Part shown: positions 1-13,624 of the stretch, one piece after another
How the letters are laid out: each line of letters starts with the position of its first letter
Numbering within the stretch: the stretch's first letter is position 1
DNA from: Octopus sinensis
Taxonomy: Eukaryota
Reading direction: 5' to 3'
NCBI RefSeq assembly: GCF_006345805.1
Contig: NC_043013.1
Span: 30,256,001-30,320,000, forward strand
DNA length: 64,000 nt
Made by a program: the position numbers and the translations under genes
The notes under the pieces: model-generated
Seen by the model: only the letters and a program-made list of their open reading frames with translations
Databases searched by the model: none
Told to the model about the DNA's origin: nothing

Positions 1-4
1 ACAT

Positions 5-61
<57 letters not shown>

Positions 62-929
62 ATATATATATATATGCATGTATATACACATTTACTGCAT
101 ATTATATATTCAAATTTGAATATATATATATATATATATGCCTACCTACATGTATATATGTATGTCTATATGTGCATGTCTGTTTCTGTGTGATTTGATT
201 ACAACGAAAGAAGAGCACACAATACCTGGTATTGTGTTTGCATTTATGTGGAAACATTTACTGCTTAATCGAACGTGCATTTACAGTGTGATCAGTTAAA
301 CAATGTGCTTTCAACAAGTCTAATATAACGATGTGTTAACGAGGTGTCATTCCAGTGCGAGCGTACTATGCATTTATTATATATATATATCCGAAACATT
401 AGAGATTTGAAGCAGGAAAACGATGTCACTGATTTTGTCCAGCTCATAAAAATGGGCTTTGCAATGTATAGAGACATTAACAATTTAGCTCTTGTAAGAC
501 TCGACCATCATACAAATACGATAAACGTTTTAAAACATATAGCGCTAAATTCAGCCGAGAGAATATCACATTACAGGATACACTGGATAAAAAGAACACG
601 AAAATAATTCATACCAATGGTTATATGTCTATTGAAATATCTGTATCCGCCCACTTAGAATATTCATTTCATGAAAAAATATTGCATATCTGATGGGGAA
701 TATATGCCACTAAATTTTGAATCTTGACTGCCATCAGTCATTTCATATTTAGATTTAAATGTCTAATGAAATATACGTTTCTCATTCGAAAATCATCAAG
801 AATTTCAGGAACGAAGGAGGGATATGAGCGCCTCTCTATAACATGGTAGATCATAGATAACGCCAATACATAATTCACAGGATCATATAACTACAGGTAG
901 TGTCTAACAGAAATGATACGGATACTTAC

Positions 930-973
930 GCAGAGACTAATGCCAGGAGAATGTCGTTCGCATAATGGTACTG
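930..973 (-). other. Candidate 44-bp host exon
   Basis: Minus strand: tattctatttcag | CAGTACC..CTCTGC | gtaagt. Two frames are open (VPLCERHSPGISLC; QYHYANDILLALVS). No homology recognised. Confidence 0.3.
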
Positions 974-1574
974 CTGAAATAGAATATTTTAACGACAACG
1001 TAGCCGTGGTCAAAGGAATATAGTCAAAGAAAGCGGTACAAGCGCAGGAAAAGAAAACATCAATGTGAACGTAATTACAGAGAGCCAGTAATTAATGCCC
1101 ATCTAAAAATAAAAATAAAATTGGTCTTAATTTCTTCCAGATGCTTGACATTTACCGAAGTTTGCATGCATCGTTAAGTCATCAAGAAGTGTCCTCGAAG
1201 ATTAGAAGCTTCGATGTGTTACTCTTTTCGATGAGTAGAGACTTGGATGAAATAATTCATGACAAGAGATTTGAATGAATTACACATCCTATACAACAAA
1301 GAATACTAGTAAACCTTAATTGTAGTATAGTCGACAACTTGGACGCGTATTGCCCAGTGATATAAGCAAAGGACATAAGCTATATATTTTATACTTGCGA
1401 ACCTCAAAGCAGTAATGAGGTGTTAGTGTCCTCAAAATTATTTCCACTGCATAATTATATATATTTCTAATTTCTATATTGCCCACAAGGGGCTAAACAT
1501 AGAGGGGACGAATAAGGACCGACAAAGAGATTAAGTCGATTATATGGACCCCAGTGCGTAACTGGTACAGAATT

Positions 1575-1606
<32 letters not shown>

Positions 1607-1752
1607 CGTGTGTGTATGTGTGTTTGTGTGTGTGTGTGTGTGAGTGTGTGTCTATATATAATATATGTATATATAGTTATATAGATAAATATACACCAGT
1701 ATATATATATATACACACACACAAACACATACATACGCACATACACACACAT

Positions 1753-1813
<61 letters not shown>

Positions 1814-2174
1814 AATAATAAGAGGCGAGCAACAGGTTGTATGACTCCACATACAACATATCCATGTAATTCACATACGTAAAACAGAAGGAAAAAATAA
1901 CGAAAACATAGTCTAGGGTTAGTTACGAACGCGTTTCTGGGTTAGAATTATAAATCAATTCATTTCCTTCATCAACGCAACAGTCCACTTAAATAGATTT
2001 CACAAATGTCATACATGCCCTCTGCTTCCCGAGCCAGCGTCGTCGGAGATAGTAGAAGATAGCTGGCATAGGCCAAATCCATGGAGTCATATTTGTGGAA
2101 AATAGAAATAAACAGTCTTTGACTGCTATTTCTGATTTTCGGTATGTGGCTAAGCAACCTGTTGCTCGCCCCTT

Positions 2175-2207
<33 letters not shown>

Positions 2208-2216
2208 TATATATAG

Positions 2217-2248
<32 letters not shown>

Positions 2249-3734
2249 AACTCTTTTTTTAAAAGTTCCTACCAATAATGGTTATATTTACCCACCGAAT
2301 TCTACCCGTAAATAATTGTTGGTTTTTTAAAAATTAATAATTGTTTGCCCTTATATTATTAATATTTATATATAATATATATATATTCTATGCCTATACA
2401 CGTTTGTGCGCGTGTGTGTGCGTGTGAGACCGCGCATAAATATATTCACCCATATATGTATGAGTATGCTTGTACACAAAAAATACACACAGACATATGT
2501 TTTTCTCTGTAGATATATAGCATGCACTTTACTTCGAGTGAACCACTAAAAATTGAAGTTTTCTAACAAATAATGATAGAACTAATTTTCATTCTTAACA
2601 TCATATTAATGAAGAATCCGATGCCCCAAAAAGCTTTGCCTTATATAATCATTTATATGTTTATAACGTGTGTGTATGTATAAAATAAGTTTGTGAATTC
2701 CCTCTTTACGTTTTTATTGTGGAAAATTGTTCACACACGTTCATCACCATTATCTTTTTTAATTTTCCTGTTCTAAATTATATATACATTCAAAATTTAA
2801 TATCGGAGTCACTGTTTACATAAAGCAATGCTGGATACAATTTTAGCCGTCAATTTCCCCGTTAATAATATATAGATATTAGGAATTGTTGTCTTAGTGA
2901 AACAAAAGTGTGAAATGTTTTCTTTATAAATTTTCCATGATGAAGAAAATAATTTCAGTAGTGATATATTTGGGAACGAGATTGGGTTTTTCGATTATAT
3001 TCAACATTGGATATCTAAGATTCAGATGACGCTGGCAAAGATTCAAAATTCCCATATCAAATAGCACGGTCGGTACTATGCCTATCCTAATAATTACTAC
3101 CACTACAATCACAAGCGATATGTCCACTTACATTCTGGCTGATAACTGGACTGCGTCCAAAATCACTTTATGCATTACGCCCACCAAGACCAAAATACCA
3201 GGCAACATCAGCAATGAAAGCACCATTACCATGACATTTTCGCTTGTAATAATACCATTTTCTCGTTGCAAACATGTTCAAGGGTAATAATTAATACTTC
3301 ATTATGATCGCTAATAATATATTTCCAAACTATTTACTGAAGTATTTACAACAAGCTGAAGCACCGCTACTATCAGCGTTATCCTTAATATCTCCAAGAC
3401 AGCCACCAGTAGTCATTAGTATTAACCAGTCAAGAAGCTAACTGGAATACGGTAGTAATACCAAATGAGTTATTATTAACACATTCATTACAATTTCTTC
3501 TTTCTTCTTCAAAGGAATTATTAAAAGCATCTTAAACGATACTAACTTATCCATAATTTATTAACATATTCTTTCTTTACAAAATTAGAAAGAAACCTAA
3601 ATTGATAACTGTCATAATTCCCCGACCTATCTGTCTGTGGTAAGAAATTCACCTCCCAAACACATGGTTCTGGTTTCAATCCTATTGCGTGGTACCTTGG
3701 GCAAGATATATATATATGTATGTATGTAAGTATG

Positions 3735-3770
<36 letters not shown>

Positions 3771-4359
3771 ATATCGCCATGATAGGTCGTTAGCCACTAC
3801 ACACATTTTTCTCTCTTTATTTCCCTCCTTGTTCATTCTGTGTCCCTTTCTGTAGAAGAGCGTAAGCTCGAAACGTAAATGACTTTTTATATTCCTGAGC
3901 GTTATACTAATACATCTGTTTGTTTTGTACACCACCTGTCTTTGTCTTTTGTTTTTTCACAAACTCTCTCTCTCTTTCTATATATATATATATGCGTGTA
4001 TGTGTGTATGTGCGTCTGTGTGCTTTCGCGAGTCTTTGCCTGTGTGTTTGTCTGTCACTAACGCGTGCCAAACCATGTTGTTTTGTTTATGCAAAAAGTA
4101 AACATATGACAATGGTGCTGCTAATGAGAGGTAGTCCACAAAAACTATATATGAAGTAACTTGGTAAAAGCTGTAAGGAGACTACGAGCTGGAAAGAAAT
4201 TTCACTCATCAGGAAAAGAACATGGAGCTTCGCAGCTGGGCATACGAGAGCGATAGATTAAGTGCCAGGCTCTAAAAAGTAAAATTTTCTGGTGTTGATT
4301 CATTTGTCTGAGAATTCTTGAAGGCGGTGCCTCAGCATGGCCGCAATCTAATGACTAAA

Positions 4360-4635
<276 letters not shown>

Positions 4636-5110
4636 CTAGCAAGCGCAACCTTCCTGTGGACGGTTTAAGCTGCACTAGCGGTATTTTCTTTACCAAATAA
4701 CTGAACTACCGAGAAGATTCACGAGTAATAGGGCAATTTATGTTGCCGATTAACCTAGGAACGGAAAACAAAAAGTCGTTTCACTTTAATGATCACCGAA
4801 GATATAAGTTTGCAAGCGATGCAAATTAGAGCTACTGAAGTGTTTTGGGAGTAGATTACAGGTAATGACTACAAAATATAGTTGTTTTACATAAAAGCGA
4901 AATTTCTTGTCAGCGAGCAGACATATGAATGGCGTAATGAAATTGAAGGTAGAAGTTGAAACTTCCTCTCTGCGATTTATTATTTTTCAACAGCAAAGGG
5001 AGCTATTCTTTCGGAGAGATAAGATAGCAAAAGCCCCTTTACTCTGTCTTCTGCACAGTTTTGCAACTTAGAGTCCCTCACTCACTCACTTATTCTCTCA
5101 CTCCCTCTCG

Positions 5111-5186
<76 letters not shown>

Positions 5187-5357
5187 TATATGTAGATAGA
5201 GCGAGAGAGAGAAAGAGAGGAGAGAGAGTGACTCAACATTATTAATGATGCAATATTCCATGTTGATTTTACTTAAGTTGTAAAACTGTGCAGATAAGTG
5301 GCGGCTGTTACAATTCTAAAAGCATTTAGAAAAAAATTATATTCTTCTTGTTGACGG

Positions 5358-5431
<74 letters not shown>

Positions 5432-6420
5432 TTGTGTACGCATTTGTTTCATATCGCATAAGTCCATAGGAAGATAAGTATAATTTCATGACATATGACT
5501 CAAAGGTGTTGTCAATTTACGATGCTATATATTTATATCTTGTTAATAACTACTTAATCGTAGTCTATTGAGTTGAAGGAAAGTTTAGTGAATTAAATTG
5601 GTTCTGTATTTAGTTAACGAATTATTATGCAACATTTGGATATCAACAAAGCCCATATTAATTAAAGAACTATTTACTGATGGAATATAATATATTAATA
5701 TCTATCAATCTCAACAGCTTTCATGTGATGCGTTAGTACCGTTTATGCAATTGGCTGAACGTGATTGAATGGGAACTCGATATTGCTATTGTTAATATGG
5801 GAAACCGAGAATCAGCATTAATTTGGTTGGTATATTTTCTCTTGCTTCTCTAACTACACCGAATTTTGATCTAATGATGTTCCATCAACATGAAGTTGAT
5901 ATGTCTGATCTTAATGCATTGAATGATCTTAATGCTGACTTGAAATGAATTCAATACAATTGAGATATTCTAAATTGAAATCAAGTAAGCTGGCATAGCA
6001 CTGTGTCTCTTCAACCCAAACAGGTGCAGTAGTAATCATATTCATTCTGTTGTGTTTGCGAAAACTTATAAGTGAGATCGTCATATCGACATATATATGT
6101 TTCTATATTTCTATAAGTCCTAGATAAAGCGATATATATGCTAGATAATAGAGCAATTTAAACTGCAGCAGTCATAGACTCTAATGTCACATTCGAAATA
6201 TTTGATTTATAAATCCATTTTCAATAATGCATCATTTTTACTTATATTTCTTTGGTTGTTGTTATTATATAGCTTTCTTATAATCGCATAATCTTAGTCA
6301 TTAATATTCAGATTTGTAAATTTCCACATGTGTTACATGTGTTACAGTAAGTACATATAATGTATAATGCAATATAGTATAACATGATATGTATATATAT
6401 ATGTATATATATATATATAT

Positions 6421-6454
<34 letters not shown>

Positions 6455-6902
6455 GATATGTATATATATATATATATATATATATGTACATATATACGCA
6501 TATATATATATATATATATATATGATATGTATATATATATAACATTGCAAGAAAGCATTTTCAATTCAGGGCAGATTATTTGGAATGAATGTTAAACATT
6601 AAATCATGGGGAAAGTTGTCGGGAATTATTATGTTGGACGGAGAATGTCTTATTTATGCAAAATATGAGTAGCTTTTATAAACTGCATTAACAAGAGTTG
6701 GTTGAGACATATAATTGAATATATATTTATTGGCAGAGGGGAATTCAGTAAGGAAGCATGTATGAAGTATGATTTTATGGCATGAGACATTTGAAATCTA
6801 TTCAGAAGTGGGTGATTCTATTCTTAAGTACTTGCCTATTTAGTAAGTTCTTGAAATTGTAAAGTCACAGTGACAGCGAGGTATATAATTTCTGCAGGGT
6901 AA

Positions 6903-7558
6903 TATTGCTTTCAAATTTTGACACAAGGCGAGGTACTGGGGTAGGTGGGCGGGGCTAAATCGATTACATCGTCCCAATGCTCCACTGGATTTGAACCCAG
7001 AACGTGAAAATGGACTCAGAAAGTGAAAGCGGACGAAATGCCGCAAAACATATTGCCCGGCGTGTTAACGATTCAGCCAGTGCACGGTCTTTACACAGGG
7101 TAGCACTGATTTCAAATTTTGGCACAAGGACAGCAATTTGGTGGGAGGGGATAACTCAATACCATCGATTCCAGCACTAAACTAATACATATTTAATCGA
7201 CTCCGAATGAATGAAAGGCAACGTCAACCTCGTGGAATCTGAACTCAGAACATAAACAGACGAAATGCCGCTAAAAATTTTGCCCGGCGTGCTAACGTTT
7301 CTGCCAGGATACCACCTTTATACAGGGTGATGCTAATCGCGTTGTTATGGGGGCGAGTTGGCAGGATTGTTAACACGCTGGGCAAAATGCTTAGCGGCAT
7401 TGAATCCGTCTTTACGTTCTGAGTTCAAATTCGGCCGAGATCCATTTTGCTTCTCATTCTTTCCTGGTCGATAAAATAAATACCAATTGGTCACTGCGGT
7501 CGATGTAATCGACTCGCCCGTTTCTTCGAACTTGCTGGCATTGCGCCAAAATTCAGAG
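6903..7558. mobile_element. Cluster of three family B SINEs (two on -, one on +)
   Basis: About 6903-7085 (-), 7105-7312 (-) and 7351-7558 (+) all align to 60566-60797. Confidence 0.75.
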
Positions 7559-8593
7559 CCTATATTAAATACAGTTTTACTGATTTTTGGAAAATAAACT
7601 CTAATGGAAAAAAAATCGTTGTTTGCATCATATACAGCGGAATCTGGAACGAATATCGTCCAAACGCAGAATATACTAGTCGCAGTAATGTATTATATAT
7701 TATATAAATATGTATATACTGAGATTTAGAAAAGCAGAGAAAGAGTGAAGGAAAAGAGAGAGTTAGATAGAGATGATGGTGATGGTGTTAATGGAGATGG
7801 AGGTGGTGGTGGTGATTAGACAATGAAAAATGCATTTTTTAGAAATTGAACTGTATTTTATGCCACCTATCACATAACGCATGCGCATAAGTGCAATTCC
7901 CTGAAATACGCTTATTTACGTGACAGATATATGCAATTTAACTAAAGGTTATGTCATATATACTGGATATTATTATTAGTTTTTTGGTTTATTGGAAAAT
8001 GGAAAATAAAAATGAATACTAGTTTATGAGTGCTGTGTATTAAGTCAATAAAATTGTGCATAAAGTATATAAAGTGCATTTAGTATAGAGTGCATTAAGT
8101 AATTATTGTATTCTAATTTCTTTCACTATTCAACGAATAGCAGATGATCGACTATATTTCCATACAGACAGAAGACAGCTTACGCTTTCAGGATTTTTGG
8201 ATAAAGTCTTTCAGAAATAACCCAATAGGTTTACCATTAATTCTATGAAATATTGGTGGGTCCCGTTAGTGAAGAATAAATATGTGAACAACGATTTTAT
8301 ATCAGTTGGCAGATATAAGCACAGGCCAGCAACCCTTTTTTCCCGTTGAATGTATGACGAAAAGCCGGCAGGTTTGAAGACTCTAAGACCACGGGGACAA
8401 TTTGCTGGTGAGACACATGTCGAAACGCCAGTGTCCCAGAATACTTTGCATCAATAAATCATGTGCGTTAAACACACTACCGTCAGAAGTTCTGCCTTCT
8501 GACGTACATTTCTACGATTAGCATATTTTGCGCCCGAACCTGGATAGCCGTATTAAGGCGTATAACGATAAAATTTCTTGTCAGAAGCAGACA

Positions 8594-8634
8594 TAGGCGC
8601 AGGAGTGGCTGTGTGGTAAGTAGCTTTGCTAACC
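8594..8634 (+). mobile_element. 5' half of tRNA-derived SINE head (family A), interrupted by the Tx1-like LINE
   Basis: taggcgcaggagtggctgtgtggtaagtagctttgctaacc matches the start of intact copies at 27205 (+) and 61543 (-). Confidence 0.85.
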
Positions 8635-8993
8635 TCACTGACAGAAGAGTGACCGTACTACGGTTTGGACGCGTTTTCTTCCCGGTAAGAGTTTTGCTGT
8701 GTTGTTAATTGTTGAATTTCTACTACTGAAAATTTGCCTTTAAACGTTGCTGAACTGTCTTGTTCTCCGGTTTTACCGGGAAATAATTGAATAATTTCTT
8801 ACCGTTGAACTGTTAGCCACTGTGGCTTTTTATTTACGTGACTATATATAGTCCTGCCAGACTATGGGGGCGGGAATTGGAATTTTTGAACTGCTTTTTT
8901 GAACTACTTTGGAAGTAAAACCTTCTATAGGTTTCCCAGTTTTGTGGGAAACCAATACTCGTAATTTTTGTGTTGTCTAATTTCAACAGAATA

Positions 8994-10390
8994 ATGTCTG
9001 TTGAAATTATTCACGAAAGTAGTGCTCTTGAGGAGAGCAATGTTAAAAAATTTTCTGAGGTAGCCGCAGTGGCTACCGAGAACATTGACATCGATGTCAA
9101 CCAGCTCGTCGAGCTATTTAAAAGAATGCAAGAGGAGGGTGGTGATGTTAAAATATCACCCTCCGCCAGTATCGTGGAGACCGAGAAGCGGACCGTAGTG
9201 TTTAAAACTTTCTGTCCACAAAGCAGAAGGTTCAAACACTTTGAAAAAAGTACCATCGAGAAATGCCTGTCCACGATTTGGAAGGACATCGTGTACGTCG
9301 CCAGGGGACGGGCATATGGCACTGTGGATGTCCGCTTCTCGGGGGAAGAAATGGCCCGCGGGCATTCTGTGAACCCCCTAAAAACCAAGGAGGTGGTACT
9401 TTTTCCAAGCTATAGGGGACGCAGGACGTCCCGGGTCAGGATTGTAGAAGCCCCGCTGGAAGTAGATCCGGTAGAGGTAGTGGCTGCCCTGTTATATAAA
9501 AGGGCGGACAAAAAAAAATACTAGAAGTAACATGCTCTACCCCTCGATTTTGGCTCGGGCGTAACATTAATATATTAATTCAAGGAACAGCGGAGGACCT
9601 GCAGCTCCTTCCTGAGAGGGTGCTCGTGGGCGAGAACGTAGCCCTCAGGGTATAGGTCGAAGGCCGAAAACCCACCTGTTACGCCTGCGGCAAAAAGGGC
9701 CACATTCGTGTAGACTGTCCAGACAAGCAAAAGAAACCGCAGACACCAGGCCCCTCAGATAATAAAAAAGTCCCTACCCTTGCAAACACACCTACTCCTA
9801 CAAAAACAAAAATACCCACTCCTGCTGTTACGGTGCCAACCCCAAAACAGACTGAAGAAAAAACCCAGCCCTCGCACTCACAAACCCCTACACTATTAAA
9901 ACCTCCCACCCCCCTAAAAACTGCGGCGCCTACCGAACAAACTATTGCTACCCAAGACGATACCATGGAGGTATCAGAGGGGGGATTTACACCAGATCGT
10001 AAAAGAATTCGTGCAGCATCCCCGTCCACATCCCCTACAAAAAATAATAAAAAAACAAAGACACACCACGGACACGGAAAAAAATCTCGCTCAACTGGCC
10101 CAGAAAAAGAAGACAAAAAAGAAAATGTACTCATATTAATTGAATTCGACACACAAGACAAATACATAAACGATATTGTGGTTCAGCATCAGTCAGCAAG
10201 ACTGTACAACAAATACAGAGATCGAAATAGACACGCGTGGATTGCGGAAACAACGTTCAAACAATTAAAAGACAGACACCCAAACGCCATCCGGCATATC
10301 GCGAACTTGCCGGACTATCTGAAAAGAGGAGAAAGAAGGGGCCCACAAACGTGTGGTGAGGTCGGTCCCCACCTCTCCAACGAAATGTAA
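8994..10390 (+). pseudogene. ORF1 (gag-like) of Tx1/L1-clade LINE, frameshifted
   Basis: ORF pieces 8970-9524 and 9833-10390. Zinc knuckle CYACGKKGHIRVDC at 9677-9718 follows GRKPT, then a Pro/Thr/Lys-rich tail typical of Tx1-like ORF1. Confidence 0.85.
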
Positions 10391-10409
10391 GAGAACTTTT
10401 ACTTTTGTA

Positions 10410-13350
10410 ATGGCTTCGCTTACCTGGGTTGTTTAAATGTGCGTGGTCTAGTTCGAAGTGGAAGCAGGCTTGTTCCTCCTCGACGACCTCAGATCACATG
10501 ATATACATGTATGGTTGCTACAGGATAGTGATAGGATAGTGCTACAGATATGTCCCGGATAAGTGATAAGACTAGAGATAAGTCTAGTTTTTAGTTGTCC
10601 ACAGCTCGTCCTGGTGCCCTATACTGACCATAGAATGGTCACGTGTAGACTGGACATAGATAGCACACTTAAGATAGGAACCGGCTACTGGAAGCTGAAC
10701 AAGTCTAATTTGACACGCGAGGCATACCGTAGCCGGATTAAGGTGTTAGTGCAGAGGGCGTTAACCGGAGCCGTGGTTAATAACCGGTGGTGGTTCACCC
10801 TCAAAAGAGCCATTCGATTCGAGTCCATTAGATTTAGTAAACAACTAAGACTAGATAGGGCTAGAATAGAAGGGCAACTAGTTAAGAACTTAGAGGAGGC
10901 GTTGAGGTTGGGCTCTCATCTCACATTTTAGCGGCGAGAACGGCATTAGACCGTCACCTCAAAACCAAACATGAGGGATGTAGAGTCCGGGCTAAAGTAC
11001 GAGCATTGGGCCGTGAGGGAATTAATGTTGCCGGATGGGCCCGTACGATAGAGACACAGCGTGGAAACGATGCCACAATTGGGCCTCTTGTTGATGAAAA
11101 CGGATGCACGATCAAGAAGCGGGACGAGATGTGTGAGGCACTTCACAAGCACTTCGCCGAGTTGTTCGGGAGGTGCGGGACGCTGGATCATGGTGAGGCC
11201 CTTAGGGACTTCCTGTCTGGTGGCCCGCGCCTCTCGACACGAGAGGCTGAGTGCTGTGAAGGGCCAATCACAGCCGAGGAAGTAATCGAGGTGTTGGGCA
11301 AGTGCCCCGGGGAGAAGTCGCCGGGTCTCGATGGTCTGCCCTATGAATTTTATAGAAGTATGCCAGACTTGTTCGGGCACCTGCTGGCTAGCGTCTACGC
11401 CAACTGGCAGCAGAATGGGAGAATTCCCAAGTCTGCGAGCCGAGGGGCGGTGACGTTGATCAGGAAGGACCCGAACAAAGGGGACGAGATAGGGAACTTC
11501 AGGCCCATAACTCTGTTAAACACAGAGTTAATGATTCTGGCCAAGGTGCTAGCAAAAAGGTTGGCTCGGGTCGTGGACAAACTTGTCGGGGAAGCGCAAA
11601 CGTGCGCTATCCCCGGCAGAACGATCCACGACAATCTCCACCTTATACGCTACTCCTTAGAGAGGTGGGGAAGCTTTCTGGCGCAGGGGGAGCACTGGTA
11701 CATTTAGACCAGTCAAAGCATTTGATAGGGTCGACCATCGGTACCTGGCGGCAGTCCTCGGAGAGGCTGGCCTAGGCCCGACCTTTCGAGGTTGGATCGC
11801 TGCTTTGTATAGCGACATCGAGTCTGTAGTCAAGGTGAACGGTTCCTTTTCGAAGCCGTTCAGGATCGAGCGTTCAGTTCGTCAGGGTGTCCCCTGTCCT
11901 CGCTCCTATACGTATTGGCTCTTGAGCCTTTGCTGCGGAATTTGGAGGCACTAGGGGGCGCGCCGCATGATCTATGGTGTGGAAGAGGACTACGGCGTAT
12001 GCGGATGACACCTCCATCATCGTGGCAGACGAAGGCCAGCTTCCAGTGGTGGAAGAGGCCATCAAAAGCTACGAGGCGGTGGCAGGAGCAAAGGTTAACA
12101 AGGACAAGTCGGTCGGTTTGCAACTCGGCACCTGGAGGGGCAAGCCGATGCCGTCCAATAACGTCGTAGGGCGTTGGACGGAAGGTCCTGTTAAGCTGCT
12201 CGGAGTCTGGTTCGGGCCAGACCTCCAGATTGAGAAAAATTGGAGTGAGGTGGCCAACAAGGTGACCGCTCTAACCCAGACCTGGTCTGGGCGGGCGTTA
12301 TCCCTGCTAGGGAAGGCGGAGGTGGTGCAGATGTTATATACAGTAATCAATCACCTACCGTCTGACCGTGGTGCCTTGCCCCGATTTGTGGCTGAACAAG
12401 GTGGAGAGAATCCTTTTCCGATTTTTGTGGAAAGGAGAAAGCCACTTGTAAAGCGCTCTGTCTGCTGCCAGAAACCGCTAAAGGGTGGGCTAGGGATGCC
12501 TTGGCTGAGGATGCGAAAACTCGCGTTAAGGTTGAGGCACCTCTGGCTTTACCTGGATGGAGAGCAGGTGTGGTCGCCGCACGTCCGGTTCTACCTTCCC
12601 CAGTTAACATCCCTAACGGACATCGATGCATGGATCAAGCGGAGACCTAAACTGAGTGAATGGCATTTGGAGTGCCGTCAGGCGCTCCAGCTACTATCTC
12701 GGGTGGGCAACGCCGGCAACAGGAGTTCCACCACGGATTTCTATAGCGGGTTAGTGGAGATTAAGTCCGAAGACGCCTTGGGGAAGACCCTGGGCTACGA
12801 TGAAAATCAGTTGGTCAACCTGTTCCGGAGGACGTTCGGGCCGGGGTATCTGGATAATTACCAGAAATCCCTAGCCTGGCAGTGTTTCCGTGCGGCTTTA
12901 CCTGTTCGCGACAAGCTGTCAAGGCACGGTAGTGCCATCTCGCCGACATGCCCGCGATGTGAGCAGGATAGGGAGACCGTCTTGCACGCATTCGTGGAGT
13001 GTCCGGAGTTATCGGGACTGATAGCTTTTGTTGAACAACTGTTGTCAGTGATGGGAAGAGTACAGCTATCAGCTGAGTCTATCATCGAGATTGTGCCGCC
13101 CCCTTTCCTTAACAGGGAAAGAAAGGCTTGTTTTTTCTGTGTAGTAGCCATACTGAAAGAAACAGTATGGAAGACGCGTACGAAAGGTATAGTGACAGGC
13201 ACCTTTGTCTCCGGCCAGGGGTTGATTAACTTTTTTAGTTACCACCTCAGTAGCAAAATCAGGCTGGAGAAGAGGTGTCTGTCACGAGACATGTTAGTGA
13301 AAAGATGGAAGCCTGTGGCATACAAGATGGGTATGTTTGGCACCAGGTAA
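10410..13350 (+). pseudogene. ORF2 (APE endonuclease, reverse transcriptase, zinc finger) of Tx1/L1-clade LINE, frameshifted with most of the endonuclease deleted
   Basis: LGCLNVRGL (EN start) and YTDHRMV (EN end) lie only about 215 bp apart. Also GTGYWKLN, KSPGLDGLPYEFY, NFRPITLLNTE, QTCAIPGRTIHDNL, FDRVDH, VRQGCP, AYADD and CPRCEQDRETVLHAFVEC. Stop at 13350. Confidence 0.93.
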
Positions 13351-13578
13351 GTATGACCGGATCAGAAAGTAAAGGTTCTACCCGGATGGCTGGGTGTCCG
13401 TCCTTCGACATGATCATTAATATTTTTAAACATTGCCTTCGTAAAATTCATTGTTTATAATCTTATCCGTAATTTCATTCGAAAATTGTAACTGTGTTAA
13501 GCTACTTCACCCTTTATATTTGTCTGTCCTTGTTTGTCCCCTCTTTGTAAATGCCTAAATGGCAAATTATATGAAATA

Positions 13579-13624
13579 AAGTAGCTTGTTTACAAACCAC
13601 GTGGTTCCGGGTTCAGTCCCACTG
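13579..13624 (+). mobile_element. 3' half of the same SINE head, with B-box-like GGTTCAGTCC
   Basis: aagtagcttgtttacaaaccacgtggttccgggttcagtcccactg continues the sequence seen in intact family A copies. Confidence 0.85.

Larger units (their letters stand above)
8635..13578 (+). mobile_element. Near-full-length Tx1/L1-clade non-LTR retrotransposon, inactivated by frameshifts
   Basis: 5' UTR, ORF1 with CCHC knuckle, ORF2 with APE endonuclease remnants, RT and C-terminal CCHC, then a 3' UTR ending in AATAAA (13575-13580). Both flanks are halves of a SINE head sharing AAGTAGCTT. Confidence 0.92.

Noticed and set aside
2924-3430. Thr/Ile-rich and Val-rich ORFs
   Set aside because: The composition fits a decayed ACC/ATC-type simple repeat, and no motif was recognised.
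8360-8480. TGAAGA...GAAAC...GTC followed by AATAAA upstream of the Tx1-like element
   Set aside because: I could not form stem II adjacent to the core or a stem I. It may be a decayed PLE terminus but is not supportable as a ribozyme.
8635-8671. Inr-like TCACTG and DPE-like GGACG at the LINE 5' end
   Set aside because: The spacing is a few bases off the canonical +28 position and the motifs are too short to call.
9011-13202. Antisense ORFs of 70-160 aa within the LINE
   Set aside because: They are shadow ORFs of GC-richer coding sequence.
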